Origin: Squalus acanthias
Taxonomy: Eukaryota
DNA length: 64,000 nt
NCBI GenBank assembly: GCA_030390025.1
Contig: CM059432.1
Coordinates: 50,656,001 to 50,720,000 of the forward strand
Direction of reading: 5' to 3'
Part shown: positions 58,801-64,000 of the stretch, one piece after another
Layout: each line of letters starts with the position of its first letter
How positions within the stretch are numbered: the first letter of the stretch is position 1
Translations under genes and position numbers: made by a program
Notes under the pieces: generated by a model
What the model saw: the letters and a program-made list of their open reading frames with translations, nothing else
Told to the model about the DNA's origin: nothing
The model's database searches: none

Positions 58801-61711
58801 AATGTTCCCGCTAAGCTGGGCGGCCACGCAGCTGTCTGTCAGTCCCGCGCAGCTCGGGATCAGCTTTTCCAATAGGAAATTTTGAGCATGCGCAAAACTT
58901 TGAATGGGCCGCGCAGCCCGTTAAAGGGACCATGCACCCCCAAAAGAAATGAGGGGAACATTGGTTACCAGTATACAGGCGGAAGCCGACCTCATGCTTG
59001 TGAATAATGTTGCTGAGCGGTTGCATGTAAATGAAGAATTGGAGGGGACCAAGGGTGGAGACCTGGGGCACACAGGAGGTGAATTAGAAAAGCAGCTGCT
59101 GGATTGAGTGCTCATAAGAGTGGTGAGAATATTAGTCAGCACTAACAAAATTCAACTTCAAGCTTCATAGTGAGGCACAGAGAGATGAACCTCACAACGA
59201 GGCACAGAGATGAACCTCATAACTTTCAATGACACTCAAACCTGGGTACTTAAAAATAAATAGGTGTCAGCCATGGCTCAGTGGTAGCTCTCTTGTCTCT
59301 GAGTCAGAAGGCCTTGGGTTCAAGTCTACTCCAGAGATGAGCACATAATCTAGGCTGACACTTCAGTGCAGGACTGAACCCTCATCTGCCTTCTCAGATG
59401 GACATAAAAGATCTCACAGCACTACTTCTTCCGGTTACCTGGCCAACATTTATCCTTCTGCCAACATCACTAAAATAGATTTTCTGGTCAGTTATCCAAT
59501 TGCTGTGGGACCTAGTTTGCGCAAATTGTTGCGGTCTTTCTCCACAGTTTATTACAATAAGCAGGGCACAACTATACAGGAAATAATGGGGGAATGCAGA
59601 AGTCAGTCTCCTGTGTAAGCCACTTTGATACAAGATTAAGCATAATGCATAGAGATTAAAAGCCTATACCATCACCTTTGGAACTGACTTGAAGATTTCC
59701 AAATATTAGAATCATTACAAATGGACTAATGTTAAGCTTTTAAGTACTATTTTCAATAAGTAGGAGGTACCATAGTTGCCTCAGAAAACACCATCTTAAG
59801 CATACTCATGTTCAGAGAAATGTCAACTCAGATTATCATTTCACTTACTCGCAGAAGCCCGAGTAGCCTTTAACTGAAGTGTGTCCACACTGCTCATCCT
59901 TCAGACCATGTGAGGTTTCTTTCTGCTCCATAACCTTACATTTACCTAAAGAAGCACAGTGTTTATCATGGAGAACAAAGTTTTGCGATCCACTACTAAT
60001 ATTTACAGAAAAAGCTGGATTAAATTTTATTGCCCCATTGGATGCAGCATAAATGCAAATAAGGTTTTTTTTAAATTTCATGCACAAAAAGGTAATTCTG
60101 TATTATGGATTTATATGAAGAAGCCAAGTATTGAGTCATCATTTACATGTAAATCCAGATAATCACAAAATGACATATGTCCAAAAAAAGTTTCTCTGTT
60201 ACAAATGAAAATATTGGTATCACAGTATCACTATACTGCCTTTAGGGCAAGAATATCTGTGTTGCTGGGTCACGATCTGCTGAATATTAACATATAATTT
60301 CACAAAAATTAAAAAGTGATTTTTCCTTTTTCCGTACATTTCATTAGTTCTGTGGTAAAACAAAATCATGCAGAGCCATTATTGGGGTTGGGAGCAATGT
60401 TTTAAATTGAACACTGTTCACTTCTGTCAAATGTATAGTTTAGCATACAGCATCTTGTGTGTGTCTATAGATATGTATATAAAACACCAGATACTCTGTG
60501 CTAAACTACATGTGAGCGACACCATGGGCGAGCTACTCTTACTGTCAAAGGACACAGAAACTTAAGGGTGCATACAAATTATATTCTTATGCAGTATACC
60601 ACCCATTATTTAAAGCCAATAGTTATTACCTTCCACCTGTCCTAGACTGTTATCTGTTACAAAGGCAGTCAAGGAAATACCCTCCGTCTGTATGAAAGGA
60701 AATCACAGACATTAAGAAAGTGCTAAAAAAGCCAATTGTTTTGGTATTTAATAAAGTATAATATGACAAGAATAATATGACTGTAGAAGGGACAGCTTTA
60801 ACTAAAAAATTGGCTAGTTTATTTAAAAAACTGTGTTGACATACTCATAAATGTTGTCCTATGAGAAACCTTCTCTCCCCATATACAAATCCTCCACTTC
60901 AAGACTCGATGTGGAGTTCTGACAATCCACTGACTCAGTGAAGAAGCCTGTCTGCTTGAGGTTCCACAGGGAACTTCCTAGATCAGCAGCTGGGTTGGCA
61001 TGATTCATTATGAGCCAATTACTGCTCCTACCAGTTAGGAGTTTTCTAAAAGTTATCCACCATACCATATCGGGTGACTGTCTGTGTGGAGTTTGCACAT
61101 TCTCCCCGTGTCTGCGTGGGTTTCCTCCGGGTGCTCCGGTTTCCTCCCACAGTCCAAAAATGTGCGGGTTAGGTTGATTTGGCTATGATAAATTGACCCT
61201 TAGTGTTAGGGGGGGATTAAATATGTGGGGTTACGGGGATAGGATGGGATATGTTAGGGGGAATTAAATACGTGGGGTTACGGGGATAGGGTGGGATATG
61301 TGTCGGTGCAGGCTCGATGGGGATTCTGTGTGAGAAAGCAGGGACAGGGTACTGGATTTGGATGATCAGCCATGATCGTATTGAATGGTGGAGCAGGCTC
61401 GACGGGCCGAATGGCCTACTCCTGCTCCTAGTTTCTATGTTTCTATACCTAATGTTAGTCTTTGGGGAGGGGAATCAAGGAGTAGTCTGTATTGAAAGTC
61501 CTCACTCTACGATAATGCTCCCTCTTGTTAAATTATTTGAAATGCATTTACAGTACTCTAGGCAGAGTAGAACATCAAGAAATTAGATACGACTCACATT
61601 TAATAGTTGCTGCATCCGTTCCACACTCCAGTCTCTGAGGTGATAGAAACAGTCCCGGGGATGATGTGCATGCAAACCCTTTGTATGGCAGTTACTCATG
61701 AATGTACAAGC
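55782..61711 (-). CDS. RNF31/HOIP-like RBR E3 ubiquitin ligase, last five coding exons: 61598-61711, 60630-60687, 59849-59945, 57607-57775, 55782-55859; 5' part beyond the window
   Basis: Spliced in frame, all GT-AG: ACTFMSNCHTKGLHAHHPRDCFYHLRDWSVERMQQLLN-TEGISLTAFVTDNSLGQVEG-KCKVMEQKETSHGLKDEQCGHTSVKGYSGFCE-IHFKQYLVELINKTSLDPAVLYSKEEM...FTQRLRK-KLMNELKLDHQQTVSNNSLGSFASI*. Matches the recalled HOIP motifs HHPRDCLFYLRDW, CRVMEQKE..GLRDEACG, GLC..HYKEYLVSLIN..SLDPA.LY. Confidence 0.92.
57607..57775 (-). CDS. RNF31-like LDD exon
   Basis: ttacag acceptor, IHFKQYLVELINKTSLDPAVLY..., GTAAGT donor. Confidence 0.92.
58100..59150 (-). mobile_element. Old L2-type LINE fragment
   Basis: VPQVSTLGPLQFFIYMQPL RT motif, highly decayed. 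Confidence 0.65.
58800..58963. mobile_element. hAT-type MITE, 164 bp
   Basis: TIR CAATGTTCCC...GGGAACATTG with perfect 8-bp TSD GTTACCAG (58792-58799, 58964-58971). Confidence 0.92.
59265..59535 (+). mobile_element. DeuSINE-like SINE with internal deletions
   Basis: TGGCTCAGTGG...GGTTCAAGTC tRNA-like A/B boxes followed by the shared core. Confidence 0.75.
59849..59945 (-). CDS. RNF31-like LDD exon
   Basis: ctttag acceptor, KCKVMEQKETSHGLKDEQCG...GYSGFC, GTAAGT donor. Confidence 0.93.
60630..60687 (-). CDS. RNF31-like linker exon (58 nt)
   Basis: cctttcatacag acceptor and GTAATA donor; phase 0 to 1 exactly bridges its neighbours. Confidence 0.8.
61070..61447 (+). mobile_element. V-SINE (HE1-like) lacking its tRNA head
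   Basis: V-domain GGAGTTTGCACATTCTCCCCGTGTCTGCGTGGGTTTCCTCCGGGTGCTCCGGTTTCCTCCC plus CR1-type tail. Confidence 0.88.
61598..61711 (-). CDS. RNF31-like zinc-finger/LDD exon
   Basis: acaacag acceptor, C..C..LHAHHPRDCFYHLRDW, GTGAGT donor. Confidence 0.94.
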
Positions 61712-63029
61712 CTGTTGTAATCAAATGTATTTAAAATAATGTTTGCATAATTGTATAAAGCAAGCAGTTTCTATTATCTGGATATGACTATTAGCAAAGT
61801 ACACAAGGTGAAAATATACAAAGTTAAATCAAAAAAGGTCAATGAGAGAAGCAAGATTAAAAGGGGACTAGCTGAGTGAAGTATACTTAAATTGGAGGCT
61901 GTGAGGAAGCTTGCTCTCAGAGGAAACTGATCATAGGGTAGAAGATAGTCAAGGTGTGCTTGGGCATAAAAACTGTATATAGGAACCAGAGACCAAGAAA
62001 AGGCAGACACTCGGGGCCATGAAATGTACTAAGTCTACATCAAGAATCAAGATGTATTTACACAAATTAAATCCCATCATGACAAGTTGTGAAACTGAAT
62101 TGAATAAATCTGTTAATGTGTGGTTTGTTACCAGAATAAACATGACCATGAAAGCTTCTGGTTTTATCATAAAAATCCAAATAATCATTAACGCCCTTCA
62201 GGGAAGAGAACCTGCCACCCCTATCTGCTCTGACCTACATGCTACTCCAGTCCCATGCTATGTGGTTGACTCTTTATGTCCTCAGAACAATTAGGGGTGG
62301 GTAATAACTGCTGCCATACTGGTCTAGTCCAGAACAAATAGTACAAAAATACATTAGAAATAAGATGTAGGAACTGGAGGCTATTGTGGCTGTAGGGAAC
62401 TACAACATAATGGGAATATCTTGGCTAACTCTGGATGATAGTAACGAATATAACATACAGGCATATAGACAGAGTGGACAGAAAAGAAGGCAGTGTAGCC
62501 CTATATATCAGGACACATGGGTGGTAAAAGAAGCTGATCCTGCAGAAGGTGGCAAGTTACACAATGAACTACTCTGGTTACACATCTCTATGTGAAAAAA
62601 TTCAGCCTAAACCCTAGGGTTATGCTACAGGCTAACCAGATTACCATAAGGAAGAAGACAGCTTGCTCTATGAAGTGATAGGAAGAAAAGGGAAGTTATT
62701 TTAATTGATAACTTCAATCAATCAAATATAAATAGGGAAGATGCAAGTGGTTTTCGAGTCAGGGTTGGTTGATGTAAAGCATGACTGCTTCATGATCAAG
62801 TTCATCTCTGCACTAGAGGCAGTGCTCATCTTGACCTGGTATTCCTAAGTAATTCAGACAATATACAGGAAATAGAAGTTATGGCATCCTTGGGGGCAAG
62901 GGCTCATTTACATAAAAAGAGACAGGAACCTATGCCATTTACAGGCATCCGCCCCACAGGAGGCTAGGAATATCAGAGCAGCACACTGCTGCTCCATTGG
63001 GGGATGGGCTCACCTTTCCAGCCGTAGAG

Positions 63030-63635
63030 TTCAACTTTCTAAAAAAGGTCAACCGAGTATGGCATCAAGAAGCCTTAAGCAAAACTGAGGTCAATGGAAA
63101 AACCCTGCAGTTATGCCTGACACAAAAGAAGATAGTTGTGGTTGTTGAAGGTCAATCATTGTAGTCCCAGATCATCCTCTCACCCTTCAGGTAAGTGCTC
63201 AATCATTTTTGGCTGTTTCATCAATGATCTTCCTTTCATCATAAGGTTAGGAGTGCTGACAATTCCACACTGTTCATCTCCATTTGCAATTCCTCTGATA
63301 ACAAAGCAGTCCATGCTTGCCTATAGCAGGACCTGGAGAATGTCCAGGTTTGGGCCGATAAGTGGCAGGTAATATTTAGGCTACATAAGTGCATGGTAAT
63401 GACCACCTCAAACAAGAGAAAGCCCACTGATCTCCCTTAGACCTTTTACGGCAGCATCATCGTCAAGTTCACCACCATCAACATCTGAGGGGTCACCACT
63501 GACCAGAAACTTAAATGGACCAGCCATATTAATATCATAAGTACTAAATCAGGGCAGAGGCTTTGTACTCTGCAATGAATTACTCACCTCCTGATCCCTC
63601 AAAGCCTTTCCACCATTTGCAAGGCTTAAGTCACA
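63030..63635 (+). mobile_element. Decayed non-LTR retrotransposon RT fragment (family of 50412-51254)
   Basis: GGGGTCACCA.TGACCAGAAACTTAA.TGGACCAGCCA block shared with ~50585-50625. Confidence 0.75.
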
Positions 63636-64000
63636 AGGAGGTGGACACAAGAAGTGTTCATGATACCTTGCAACTGAATTTTTGTTAGTGTAGGGAAAGG
63701 GCAAGATCTGGTGGAATCAGGTCCACTCTCAAATTCTGGTTCCCTTACTTTCGTATGCCCTGATACTGTCCTCCTAAGCCCAGGAACTTAATCTAGAATC
63801 AGCAAGTTGGCTCATACTGAACAATTATGACTCTAAATGCGTTAACAAACAAATCAAAAGTGAAAGAGGAAAAATAACCTCTACAAATCCCACCGGGAGA
63901 AAAGGGAAGGGGGATTCATTGGGGCGAATATTGAAACATGTAGAAACATGTTTAAAGCATAACGAGGGGCAAAGAGAGACCTAGAAAAAAGCATAGTTGC

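Noticed and set aside
59265..59340. tRNA gene
   Set aside because: tRNA-like A/B boxes are the head of a SINE and continue into the SINE core; no full cloverleaf.
62940..62965. GGC-GGA-TGC (GGC motif) on the minus strand as the RING2 catalytic exon
   Set aside because: Followed immediately by an in-frame stop and lacking the surrounding Cys pattern; the real exon is probably outside the window.
46328..64000. FABP/PMP2 cluster genes expected beyond IMPA1 from mammalian synteny
   Set aside because: No FABP-like exons were recognised; the RNF31-like gene occupies this position.

Overview
Vertebrate genomic DNA, most likely a cartilaginous fish, judged from HE1/V-SINE-like, DeuSINE-like, CR1/L2 and Penelope repeats (inference). 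It covers the conserved CHMP4C-ZFAND1-SLC10A5-IMPA1 block: CHMP4C exon 1 (-), complete 8-exon ZFAND1 (+, 267 aa, only 130 bp between the two ATGs), intronless SLC10A5 (+, 420 aa) and IMPA1 (+, 8 coding exons, 282 aa). The main discovery is mostly invisible in the ORF track: five spliced minus-strand exons (55782-61711) encode the C-terminal zinc finger and linear-ubiquitin-chain-determining domain (LDD) of an RNF31/HOIP-like E3 ligase, convergent with IMPA1. By synteny this is probably a second HOIP paralogue (ohnologue) absent from the mammalian locus. Also present: a young Penelope retroelement with inverted ~865-bp arms and minimal hammerhead ribozymes, six more hammerhead motifs from a second Penelope family (one in a 284-nt retrozyme-like unit), a GC-AG intron, two solo LTRs, nested insertions, Tc1/pogo, hAT and Harbinger-type elements, bipartite LINE-derived SINEs and a 24-bp minisatellite. 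All homology calls are from recalled protein and repeat families, not from database searches.
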